Shown one piece after another: positions 9,121 through 17,397 of a stretch of 46,290 nucleotides of DNA. Positions within the stretch are counted from its first letter, which is position 1, and each line of letters begins with the position of its first letter. The notes beneath the pieces are model-generated. The model had not been told where the DNA came from and made no database searches. It was given only the letters and a program-made list of their open reading frames with translations. Origin of the DNA: Candidatus Zambryskibacteria bacterium RIFCSPHIGHO2_02_FULL_43_14 (lineage in GTDB: Bacteria; Patescibacteriota; Minisyncoccia; Phycocordibacterales; Zambryskibacteraceae); contig MHVR01000015.1 in assembly GCA_001825315.1 (NCBI GenBank), positions 1 through 46,290 on the forward strand, given 5' to 3'. The position numbers and the translations under genes were made by a program.

Positions 9121-10764
9121 CCTTAAAGTTCCGGGTGTCGGAACCGGGGTTGGGGTTGGCGATGGGTTAGGATTGGTAAATCCCGATTCAAATGCTCCCA
9201 TATCTGGAGCTGATCCGGCATACGGCAAACTCACGCCATCTCCTGCGTTCCAACTAATCGCGGAAACCAAGGTAATATTATGGCTTGAATAATCAATAGA
9301 CTTAATCTTAACCGGAGCATTTGATCCGACTTTGATTGCATCCGCTTCAATCATGCCATCATAGCCGTCTTGAAAAAATCCACTTCTTACGACTGGGACG
9401 ACAGTTCCATTTCCCGAAGAACGGGTTGCTGTCAGCTGATTACCCGCGTCAATAGCCGGACTGCCTGAAGCTAAACGATAATCACGACCGGATGAATTAA
9501 CAAACAATCCTGATGCGGAACCGATTTCTTTGCCTTTAGGCTCCTGCCCGGTCGATTTAAATGAAGCCAAATTTGAATACACTTGATCCCACAATATTCC
9601 TTTGGGCCCGAACTTGTACATATTTCCTTCCATATTAATTGACCCGCGATTAACACTGCCAAAAGCTCCATGCAAAACATAATTTTGACTATCTATAAAT
9701 AGATTATTAATAAAAGTGATTCCGAAAGACGTATTTGAGGAATCGCCGAAAAGCACGTTATGATTATTCTCGTTGACCATTGTATTGTTAAAAATCGTAG
9801 TGTTGTTATAGGGCGGAGAGTAAAAAGTCAGCTGGCCTTCAGTCGTCATGTTGTTGTATCTCATAATCGCATTTGAAGTTCCCAAACCGCTGAATTTAGT
9901 CCCGCCATTTTTGCCGTAAATAGTATTGTTTTCAACCAGATAGTAACCTGCGTCAGAATTTCTCCCCCCCAAATCAATGCCATCTGCATCGCCGGATAAA
10001 TTATTGTTGTAAACCGTATTATTCCTAACCACTACATGATGCGCCCCGCAGCCAAATCCGTTAAAAACATCTCCCCCGCCGACACCGATTGCGTCGTAAT
10101 TATCAACCCCTGCGTTGTTGTACACAATATTATTTTCAATCAAATAATATCCGCCGAAGGAACATTCGTAAACAAAAATACCTCCTACGGTATTATCGTG
10201 AATATTATTTCCACGAATAATAGCGTCGTGGCGAAGATTTCGAGGTAGATTAGGATTAGAACCTCCGGTGCCAATACCATGCATTGCATTATGGTGAATA
10301 TGATTATTGATAAACCAAACACCCATACTTCCACCCCCATCAATGCCGCTACCGTCATACCGAGCGCTTTTGATGCCATTCCTGATTTCAAAACCTTCTA
10401 TGGTAATATAGTCAGCCGGAGAAAAAAGATTTCCGCTAACAGCGCCGCCTCCTTCAATAACAGGTGTTTCTCCCGGATAATTTTTGTAAGTAATTCTAGC
10501 GTTAACGGTTCCGGCTTTTGCGCGAACCGCTTCATTATAAATTCCTCCCCGAACCAAAACCGTATCGCCAGGCTGCATCGTGTTTCCGGCTTTGTTAATT
10601 GTCCGCCACGGCGAAGATTCAGCACCGGGATTAGAATCAGTACCACTGGTTGACACATAATAAGTGGCTGCTTGCGCTCTTATAGAAAAAGTAAAAGTAG
10701 CGAGAAGAAATAACCCTGAGGCAAAAAGATATTTAGGGCTCAATTGAATAAACAGCATTTTCAA
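8962..10764 (-). CDS. Secreted right-handed beta-helix protein (DUF1565-like start) + dockerin
   Basis: ATYYVSTSGTDSNPGAESSPWRTI; beta-helix repeats; DYRLASGSPAIDAG...PDMGAFE; PSPTPTPVPTP linker; dockerin. Exact start uncertain. Confidence 0.8.
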   Translation of the reverse strand: MKMLFIQLSPKYLFASGLFLLATFTFSIRAQAATYYVSTSGTDSNPGAESSPWRTINKAGNTMQPGDTVLVRGGIYNEAVRAKAGTVNARITYKNYPGETPVIEGGGAVSGNLFSPADYITIEGFEIRNGIKSARYDGSGIDGGGSMGVWFINNHIHHNAMHGIGTGGSNPNLPRNLRHDAIIRGNNIHDNTVGGIFVYECSFGGYYLIENNIVYNNAGVDNYDAIGVGGGDVFNGFGCGAHHVVVRNNTVYNNNLSGDADGIDLGGRNSDAGYYLVENNTIYGKNGGTKFSGLGTSNAIMRYNNMTTEGQLTFYSPPYNNTTIFNNTMVNENNHNVLFGDSSNTSFGITFINNLFIDSQNYVLHGAFGSVNRGSINMEGNMYKFGPKGILWDQVYSNLASFKSTGQEPKGKEIGSASGLFVNSSGRDYRLASGSPAIDAGNQLTATRSSGNGTVVPVVRSGFFQDGYDGMIEADAIKVGSNAPVKIKSIDYSSHNITLVSAISWNAGDGVSLPYAGSAPDMGAFESGFTNPNPSPTPTPVPTPGTLRGDLNNDRIVNSLDWSIMNSRWFMNDVTADLNTDGIVNSLDFSIMNGNWLKQI

Positions 10765-11296
10765 CTTGGATTAGTTGATCTTGACCTTGATATGCCACAT
10801 TGGTATCAGTCGTGCTTCCTGGTTTGAAATCAAATTTTAAATTAGACACTCCCATCTTGACGGCCTTAAAATGTATAGTGGCCAAAATTCCCCTTCCGGA
10901 GAAATTCGTGCCGCCTGTCGCTACTTGGCTAAATTTAATAGTACCCGCGGATTGATCTACAATATTGGCCGCATTGATCGATAAAATTGAGCCTGCCTGA
11001 ATCTGGATTCCTTCTTGTTCTGGAATATCGTCAACTACCTGGATAACTAATGGATCGTAATGCAAAACAAACACATCCACTCCGTCAATTGGCTGGTTTG
11101 CCGTGTCTAAAACAATATCAATTGCAAATAGACTGTTTAATTTCGCGGTTTCATTATTCGGATCTAATAACAATATCGCACCGACTTTGGAATCTTGAGT
11201 GTTTACATCCAAAGATCTGTTTTTATCAATTAAAAAAATAATCACGCCAAGAGCTAATAAAGCAAGGACCCCGTATAAAATTTTTTGTTGTTGCAT
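10733..11296 (-). CDS. Single cohesin-domain protein with N-terminal membrane anchor
   Basis: N-terminal hydrophobic helix (ILYGVLALLALGVIIFLI); cohesin-like pattern FAIDIVLD...IDGVD..LHYDPLVIQVVD...GTIKF...FSGRGILATIHFKAVKMGVSNLKF. Confidence 0.8.
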   Translation of the reverse strand: MQQQKILYGVLALLALGVIIFLIDKNRSLDVNTQDSKVGAILLLDPNNETAKLNSLFAIDIVLDTANQPIDGVDVFVLHYDPLVIQVVDDIPEQEGIQIQAGSILSINAANIVDQSAGTIKFSQVATGGTNFSGRGILATIHFKAVKMGVSNLKFDFKPGSTTDTNVAYQGQDQLIQVENAVYSIEP

Positions 11297-11319
11297 ATTT
11301 AGTTATTAATTATTTTAAA

Positions 11320-11478
11320 TCATACGCTTTTCAACCAATTCCCATTCATGATGGAAAAATCCAGAGAATTAACGATGCCGTCGATGTTCAAATCAGCAGC
11401 GGTATCATTCGTAAACCACCTGCCATTCATTATAGACCAATCCAGAGAATTGACGATCTTGTCATTGTTGAGATCACC
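11320..11478 (-). repeat. Dockerin-coding repeat copy 3
   Basis: Same ~159-nt unit. Confidence 0.85.
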
Positions 11479-12960
11479 CTTGAGAATTGAACCACCACTT
11501 GATGAAGGCGTTGGCGCAGGTCCGGTTGAACCACCGCTACCATATTCAATCGCACCGGCATCAGGGGCAGCGCCGTTGTATGGGAGACTTACGCCATCCC
11601 CGGCACTCCAAGTTATAGAACGATCTATAGTGACAGTATTATTCCCTGCTGCTTCGCCTACTGCTATTACTTTTACAACATTAGAACCTATCTGAATCGT
11701 ATCTCCATCTGTCAGGCCATACCCATCAAAAAAATAAAAACTGTCATCTACTGGCACGACAGTACCGGATCCGCTACTTCTGGTTTTAGTTAAAGCTCCT
11801 CCCGCGTCAATAGCATCACCGCCAGATGCTAATCTGAAATCTGTTGTTGAAAGACTGGCAAATAACTGGCTCAAACTTTGGGTTGAATATTTTCCCCCAC
11901 TTGGTTCTTGACCGGTAACAGTTCGCCAGCGATTATATTCAGCCAAGCTTGTGCCATAATTGGATTCTCCGCTTAGCATAGCCCAAATAATGGCTTGGTT
12001 TGAGAAGCGGTAAACATTGTGATCCATTCTAATGCTTGGCCATGCTCCATCAGCCGCATCCCGCGAATGCTGTAATAAATAACCTCCGGAGTACGCAAAA
12101 ATATTATTTTTGACGCTAACACCGCCCCAACCAGACGGGCCATCGCCATCCTGCCAAAACATAATACAGTTATTCAGACAATTAACTGCTGTATTATTAT
12201 AAATGGCAACTTCTTTAAACGGTTTGACGTAAAAAGTAAAACTCGTTCCGGTTATAGTATTGCGACGTAAAATCGAGCGGGTGGGAACTTTGTTGATTTT
12301 AATTTTACTTTCGTATGGATTATTTAAACATGATCCGGTGCAATAAGCAGTATTGCCATCATAAACTATGTGATGAATATTGCTTTCCAAGCTGCCGGCA
12401 TCAATGAAGTCGCCAATACCAGGACCCGGACTCCATAAAACATTATTTTTTACTACAAGATAATTGGTTCCATGAATTTCTATTCCGTCCCAGTTGTCTT
12501 TGCCTAACCAATCATGAATCCTATTGCCTTCAATCAAAAAATGACCGCCTGCGTCCCACATTACTATTCCACCTTGCGTACAATTATATACTTCATTATT
12601 GCGAATCTTGTGTCCGGAGCCGGTTAACCAAACGCAACTGTCATTTGAATTCCTGATTATCAAGCCCTCAATTGTGTTATTACTCCCATTTACTCTTAGT
12701 GGCACCGAGCCGTTACCTGCATCTAAAATCGGAGTCTCTCCTGGGTAATTTTTTATTGTCATATTACTTCCAGAAACGGTAAATCCACCGTTATAAGTAC
12801 CTCCTCGAATCTGAATCACATCTCCAGAAACGCCAAGGGCTGATTGAAGTTCTGAACTGCTAGAGACAGTTCTTGTGGCTGCAGTGACAGCCTTGCTAAA
12901 GCCAAAGGACAAAATAAACAAAATCCCAAGAATAATAAAATTAAGGATTTGATTCTTCAT
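11320..12960 (-). CDS. Secreted right-handed beta-helix protein + dockerin (paralog of 7298..8965)
   Basis: Start refined to ATG 12960 (ATGA overlap); colinear similarity with 7298..8965; dockerin. Confidence 0.8.
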   Translation of the reverse strand: MKNQILNFIILGILFILSFGFSKAVTAATRTVSSSSELQSALGVSGDVIQIRGGTYNGGFTVSGSNMTIKNYPGETPILDAGNGSVPLRVNGSNNTIEGLIIRNSNDSCVWLTGSGHKIRNNEVYNCTQGGIVMWDAGGHFLIEGNRIHDWLGKDNWDGIEIHGTNYLVVKNNVLWSPGPGIGDFIDAGSLESNIHHIVYDGNTAYCTGSCLNNPYESKIKINKVPTRSILRRNTITGTSFTFYVKPFKEVAIYNNTAVNCLNNCIMFWQDGDGPSGWGGVSVKNNIFAYSGGYLLQHSRDAADGAWPSIRMDHNVYRFSNQAIIWAMLSGESNYGTSLAEYNRWRTVTGQEPSGGKYSTQSLSQLFASLSTTDFRLASGGDAIDAGGALTKTRSSGSGTVVPVDDSFYFFDGYGLTDGDTIQIGSNVVKVIAVGEAAGNNTVTIDRSITWSAGDGVSLPYNGAAPDAGAIEYGSGGSTGPAPTPSSSGGSILKGDLNNDKIVNSLDWSIMNGRWFTNDTAADLNIDGIVNSLDFSIMNGNWLKSV

Positions 12961-12977
12961 ATTTGTTTTAGCCAATT
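12838..12977. repeat. 140-bp gene-junction duplication, copy B
   Basis: Matches 8843..8982. Confidence 0.85.
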
Positions 12978-13115
12978 TGAGTTAAGAATGGAAAAATCCA
13001 GAGAATTGACTATGCCGTCGGTGTTTAGATCAGCAGTGGTATCATTCGTAAACCATCTGCTATTCATAATTGACCAATCAAGAGAGTTTACGATGCGATC
13101 ATTGTTAAGGTCACC
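12957..13115 (-). repeat. Dockerin-coding repeat copy 2
   Basis: Same ~159-nt unit. Confidence 0.85.
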
Positions 13116-14558
13116 TTTGAGAACAGTAGGAGTTGGAGTCGGGGGAGGTGTTGAACCTGAAGTACCGCCATATTCGTAAGCGCCGATGTCAAAAGCCGAG
13201 CCGACTGGACGATTTACACCATCATAGTCCTTTGTTGCTTCAGATAAAGTTGTTCCGGCATTAATGGCGGGAGAACCTGATTGCAACCGGAAATCCGGAA
13301 CAATTGTACTAAATTTGGATCCCGGAAGTTTAACGAACTTTGGATCTGCAAATATCCCGTGTGAGTCTTGTGAAGGCTTTGTCCCTCCGCCGGTAGAGTA
13401 CCAAAGGTTATAATCTAGAATATTGCTTCCGACATTGCCGGAAAGCAAGCTGCCGCCATTGCTGCTGTAAATAATATTGTTTTTAAAAATGGAGTTGGTG
13501 GCTAAATTACTGTTAATTTCAAGGTTGCCATCCGGATTATTAACTATGACATTGTTGTAAACTCTGATATTGCTTGCCACTCCGGCGTGAGCGCCAACGA
13601 GAATGCCCCAATTAGAATTGTTAAAGACAATGTTATTCCTGACTATAATATTGCTGGCGCCGTAAGAATTTTCAGAACCCACTTCAATTCCCCACCAATT
13701 ATCATGAATGTAATTATTCTCAATTATCGTGTCGGTTCCGCCGTCAATATAGATCCCGCCAGACCAGCAAAAATAGCTGCCGCTGTAAATGTGGTTGCGG
13801 GTGATCAGTCCTCCTTTGGGTTGACTGCCCGCGCCATGGCCTAAGACATCTATGCCAATGTTCGGATGGCCGTAGATTGTGTTGTTGGATATGGTAAAAC
13901 CGTTCACGTTCCCGTCAACAGTGATGGATTCGCTATCTCCGGTATTATTATTGAAGACTTCGTTATTATCAATAATAATGTTGGATCCGCCCATTATTCT
14001 AATTGGTGTGGAATACTGCGTTCCTTGGCCTGGGCATATGGTGCTATTGGAAGCCCAGTCAATATGGGTAATTTTGCCGTCTCTAAACTCAATATTATTG
14101 GAGGATCCTGTAACGATAAAACCTCCGGGTATGTATCCCCCGACATGATTAGTTAGATGCAGACCGATAAATTTAAGATAGTTTTTATTGTTAATATTTA
14201 TTATTCCGCGAACATCACCGGAAGCAATATCACCCTTGCCATCTATAATGGCTGTCTCACTTGGGGCGTTTCTAAAAGTAATATAAGCGCCAGCGGTTCC
14301 GCTGACATTTACATTCAATATTTCATAGTATGTCCCGCCTTTTATATTAACCGTACTTCCTGCTGTTGCTGAATTCATAGCCTTTTGGATAGTTTTCCAA
14401 GGCGCGCTCTGTGTCCCAGGATTGCTGTCACTGCCATTAGTAGCGACATAGTATTGGGTTGAGGTTTGAGATTTGACTGGCAGACTGGGATATAAAACAG
14501 ATACAACCAAAGTGAAAATTAAAACTAACCAGGTGTACTTTGATATTTTTTGTTTCAT
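12957..14558 (-). CDS. Secreted right-handed beta-helix protein (DUF1565/pectate-lyase-like) + choice-of-anchor-Q-like tail + dockerin
   Basis: YYVATNGSDSNPGTQSAPWKTIQKA; GGIYIDGGTDTIIENNYIHDNWWGIEVGSEN; DFRLQSGSPAINAG...FDIGAYEY; dockerin. Confidence 0.82.
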   Translation of the reverse strand: MKQKISKYTWLVLIFTLVVSVLYPSLPVKSQTSTQYYVATNGSDSNPGTQSAPWKTIQKAMNSATAGSTVNIKGGTYYEILNVNVSGTAGAYITFRNAPSETAIIDGKGDIASGDVRGIININNKNYLKFIGLHLTNHVGGYIPGGFIVTGSSNNIEFRDGKITHIDWASNSTICPGQGTQYSTPIRIMGGSNIIIDNNEVFNNNTGDSESITVDGNVNGFTISNNTIYGHPNIGIDVLGHGAGSQPKGGLITRNHIYSGSYFCWSGGIYIDGGTDTIIENNYIHDNWWGIEVGSENSYGASNIIVRNNIVFNNSNWGILVGAHAGVASNIRVYNNVIVNNPDGNLEINSNLATNSIFKNNIIYSSNGGSLLSGNVGSNILDYNLWYSTGGGTKPSQDSHGIFADPKFVKLPGSKFSTIVPDFRLQSGSPAINAGTTLSEATKDYDGVNRPVGSAFDIGAYEYGGTSGSTPPPTPTPTVLKGDLNNDRIVNSLDWSIMNSRWFTNDTTADLNTDGIVNSLDFSILNSNWLKQI

Positions 14559-14570
14559 AAAGATGTTTAG

Positions 14571-14729
14571 TTAAATTGTTTTCAACCAATTCCTGTTCAT
14601 TATGGAGAAGTCTAGAGAATTAACAATACCGTAGGTGTTCAAATCAGCAGTGACATCATTCATAAACCACCTGCTATTCATTATAGACCAATCCAGAGAA
14701 TTGACGATCTTGTCGTTATTAAAGTCGCC
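14571..14729 (-). repeat. Dockerin-coding repeat copy 1
   Basis: Same unit, with a D->Y change in the second Ca loop. Confidence 0.85.
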
Positions 14730-16256
14730 TTTGAGAGTTGTGGTTGGAGATGGAGGAGTAGAGGCCGGAGAGACAGTTCCTCCGCTATTACAGCTGTTTC
14801 CTGATTGAGTATGAGAACTTCCTGATTCCGAAACATTAACACAACTCCCGCTAATGCCATTCATTACGTTATTCGTAATGGTGCCACCAGCGACTCCCCT
14901 TGCAAATTTAATGCCGTCTTCAGCCTCGCCATGGGTTGCGGATCTGTTATCAATGGTATTGTTGCGTACTATCGGACGATTAAGAGTTTCTCCGTTTTGA
15001 GAAATATAAAAAACGCCAGCAACATCTCTGCCGCCATAGCCCTTTGATGAATCGCGGACTATATATCCAAAATTATAGATATTATTATTTTCAACAATCA
15101 CATCATTAGAAGTAACTCCGCCATTGGTAGAATTGGTAACTTCTACTCCATTGGCAAGGTTATTGTGCATCTTGTTGCCTCGGACAACGCAGCTGTTGCA
15201 ATTTTTGATAATGATGCTCATGCCCAGATTATTGCCGTTTCCTCCGCCGTCCCACCAGCCCATGCCGTTGTCGTACACATCCATATTTTCCACGATGTGC
15301 CCAAAAAGCTGAACGCCGTTACCATTGGATCCTCCCGGTCCTCCACCGTAAAATTCAATACCTTCTCCCATTGATTCGCGGCAAATGCCGTTTTTAACGG
15401 TAATATTACTGCCACCGTAAACGCGAACGCATGATCCGTAATCACGGCCCCCGTGAGCCACAAAATTGATGCCATCCAATGTGATATTTTGAGCGCTTCC
15501 ATTAGCCCAAAATCCGTAATAGCCATATTTTACGTAAAAAGATCCGCCCGAAGGATTTCTTCTTACAACCACATTATTGGCTCCGCTTTCAGCATCAATC
15601 GGATAAGCAGCACAGTCGCCATTTTGGCAAGCAATGTGAATGTCTGCATTATTTGGATTAGCATCGCTTGGAAGACGAACCGAAATTGTGTTGCCGGAAG
15701 ATCCAGTACTTGTAAACTGTCCCGGCTGAAGCGAAGAACAAGATCCACCGCTAACCCACTTTAATCTTGTTCCTGGATCGTCTGGTCCTGAAGGATTTAC
15801 CCAAACTTGCGCGGTATTTGAACTACCAATATTTAAAGCATTGGTCTGCCAACCGCTTCCGCAGGATGACCAAATTCCAGAAACAACTTTAGGACTTGTC
15901 CCGTCAATAATCACAGTTTCACCCGGATAGTTTTCTATCGTAATACCTGAAATCTTAAGCGGAAGCACGGTATCTATTCCATTTCCGGAAATATTACAAG
16001 GCACCCCTCCAAAACCACTGTTTATTTTGTAAGTACCGCCTCGCAAAATCAATGTATCCCCTGCCGTAACTAAATTGTGAGTCAAGACATAAAACGGATT
16101 TGACCAAGGGCTTGAAACTGTACCGGAACCGCTGTTGGCTGTGCAGTCTGTTGAAAGTGAAGCCACAAAGTAAGTTGCCGCATTTACCACAGAATTAAAA
16201 CCAAAAAAGAAGACACCAAACACACCAACGATTAGAACCCTGTGTAGATATTTCAC
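14571..16256 (-). CDS. Secreted right-handed beta-helix protein + dockerin; first gene of the cluster
   Basis: The ORF extends to 16310, but GTG at 16256 (MKYLHRVLIVGVFGVFFFG) lies 7 nt after TGtTACAAT; ATG 16265 is the alternative start. Beta-helix repeats; dockerin. Confidence 0.78.
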   Translation of the reverse strand: MKYLHRVLIVGVFGVFFFGFNSVVNAATYFVASLSTDCTANSGSGTVSSPWSNPFYVLTHNLVTAGDTLILRGGTYKINSGFGGVPCNISGNGIDTVLPLKISGITIENYPGETVIIDGTSPKVVSGIWSSCGSGWQTNALNIGSSNTAQVWVNPSGPDDPGTRLKWVSGGSCSSLQPGQFTSTGSSGNTISVRLPSDANPNNADIHIACQNGDCAAYPIDAESGANNVVVRRNPSGGSFYVKYGYYGFWANGSAQNITLDGINFVAHGGRDYGSCVRVYGGSNITVKNGICRESMGEGIEFYGGGPGGSNGNGVQLFGHIVENMDVYDNGMGWWDGGGNGNNLGMSIIIKNCNSCVVRGNKMHNNLANGVEVTNSTNGGVTSNDVIVENNNIYNFGYIVRDSSKGYGGRDVAGVFYISQNGETLNRPIVRNNTIDNRSATHGEAEDGIKFARGVAGGTITNNVMNGISGSCVNVSESGSSHTQSGNSCNSGGTVSPASTPPSPTTTLKGDFNNDKIVNSLDWSIMNSRWFMNDVTADLNTYGIVNSLDFSIMNRNWLKTI

Positions 16257-16272
16257 AGTATACATTGTAACA
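16257..16272 (-). promoter_or_regulatory. Extended -10 promoter of the dockerin cluster
   Basis: Minus strand TGTTACAAT-gtatact-GTG. Confidence 0.5.
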
Positions 16273-16341
16273 AAGTTGTCTTTATAAAATTCAATCTTAT
16301 GCACAACCATCCGTATGCAACTTTTTGCTGTTTAAAAGAGT

Positions 16342-16413
16342 TATAATGAGCGAAGGGAACAAAATTATTATAAATATAAGAGCGCGTCTAATACGTGCTC
16401 CGTTCCCTTACAC
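16342..16413 (+). promoter_or_regulatory. -10 box (TATAAT) and structured 5' leader of the ECF sigma gene
   Basis: TATAAT at 16342-47; AAGGGAAC (16353-60) pairs with GTTCCCTT (16402-09); inner hairpin GAGCGCGT-ctaat-ACGTGCTC. Confidence 0.45.
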
Positions 16414-16968
16414 ATGAGTACCAATTCTCCACTTTCGGATGCTCAAATTCTCAAAGATTCACAAAACTATCCGTGGATGTTTGGTATGTTAGTGGATCGC
16501 TACCAGGAAGCATTTCTCCGTAAGGCGTCTTACATTCTCCACTCGCATGACACTGCCGAAGATGCGGTGCAAGATACCTTTCTCAAGATATACAAGTATG
16601 CCCATAAATTCTCCGAGCAAAAAAATGCAAGTTTTAGTTCGTGGATATACAAAATTCTCATCAATACTTGTTATAGTCACGCTTCTCGACAAACTCAAGA
16701 AGCCGGCCGCGTGAAGGTAATGGATTTGGGCGACCTGGACGTCGTTCGGAGTACGGACAACTCGCTGGAGAAAGAGCAAACCTCATTTGTACAGTCCGTT
16801 CTCTCTCGTCTGCCATGTAATCTGTCACGACTTCTCTCTCTTTATTTCTTTGAAGAAAAAAGCTACAAAGAAATCGCTGTGCTAGAACATCTCTCACTTT
16901 CGGCTGTGCGTTCCGGTCTTCACCGTGCCAAGAAACAATTTAAAAATATTGCCGTCAAAATGGTATGA
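16414..16968 (+). CDS. RNA polymerase sigma-70 factor, ECF subfamily
   Basis: Region 2 AEDAVQDTFLKIY...FSSWIYKILINTCY; region 4 KSYKEIAVLEHLSLSAVRSGLHRAKKQF. Confidence 0.92.
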   Translation: MSTNSPLSDAQILKDSQNYPWMFGMLVDRYQEAFLRKASYILHSHDTAEDAVQDTFLKIYKYAHKFSEQKNASFSSWIYKILINTCYSHASRQTQEAGRVKVMDLGDLDVVRSTDNSLEKEQTSFVQSVLSRLPCNLSRLLSLYFFEEKSYKEIAVLEHLSLSAVRSGLHRAKKQFKNIAVKMV

Positions 16969-17279
16969 CTATCTTTACTATAAAAAACAGAATAATGTTT
17001 GGTGTATATCTCATGTATTTCGTGCGAAAATTGAAAAACCCTTTTATTGCTGAAACTTTCGTGTTTGTCATTCTTGCAATAATTCTGTTTACTTTTATTT
17101 CAGTGCCAAGTATTTTATCAAACATGCTCGATTCGGGAAATTTCTATCGTTATTTTGTTATGGCCTTTTCTAATACAGAGATTTTTGTTCAATTAACCCT
17201 TATCCTAACGGGTATTGCCACACTACTTTTCGTGCGAAATATCACTGTTCACGCTATACTCAAAACACGCTTCGCATAG
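16965..17279 (+). CDS. Small membrane protein (candidate anti-sigma partner)
   Basis: ATGA overlap with the sigma gene; 2-3 hydrophobic segments. Confidence 0.65.
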   Translation: MTIFTIKNRIMFGVYLMYFVRKLKNPFIAETFVFVILAIILFTFISVPSILSNMLDSGNFYRYFVMAFSNTEIFVQLTLILTGIATLLFVRNITVHAILKTRFA

Positions 17280-17293
17280 AAATAGAGCAACAT

Positions 17294-17367
17294 GCCAAAG
17301 TAGTTCAATGGTAGAACACTGCTTTCGTAAAGCAGGAACGTGAGTCCGATTCTCACCTTTGGCTCCA
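17294..17367 (+). tRNA. tRNA-Thr(CGT)
   Basis: GCCAAAG/CTTTGGC acceptor; CTGCT-TTCGTAA-AGCAG anticodon arm; CCA encoded. Confidence 0.93.
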
Positions 17368-17397
17368 GAATAAATGATTTTTTAGAGGAGGAAATGA

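Noticed and set aside
2373..13179. Recurrent plus-strand ORFs beginning MIEKS(R/K)ELT... (2373, 5667, 7329, 8954, 11348, 12949)
   Set aside because: Antisense shadows of the repeated dockerin coding sequence; their similarity is explained by the minus-strand genes.
247..14729. Dockerin repeats as a CRISPR array, integron attC sites or DGR template/variable repeats
   Set aside because: The repeats are protein-coding, kb-spaced and vary mostly at synonymous sites; no cas, integrase or reverse transcriptase gene is in the window.
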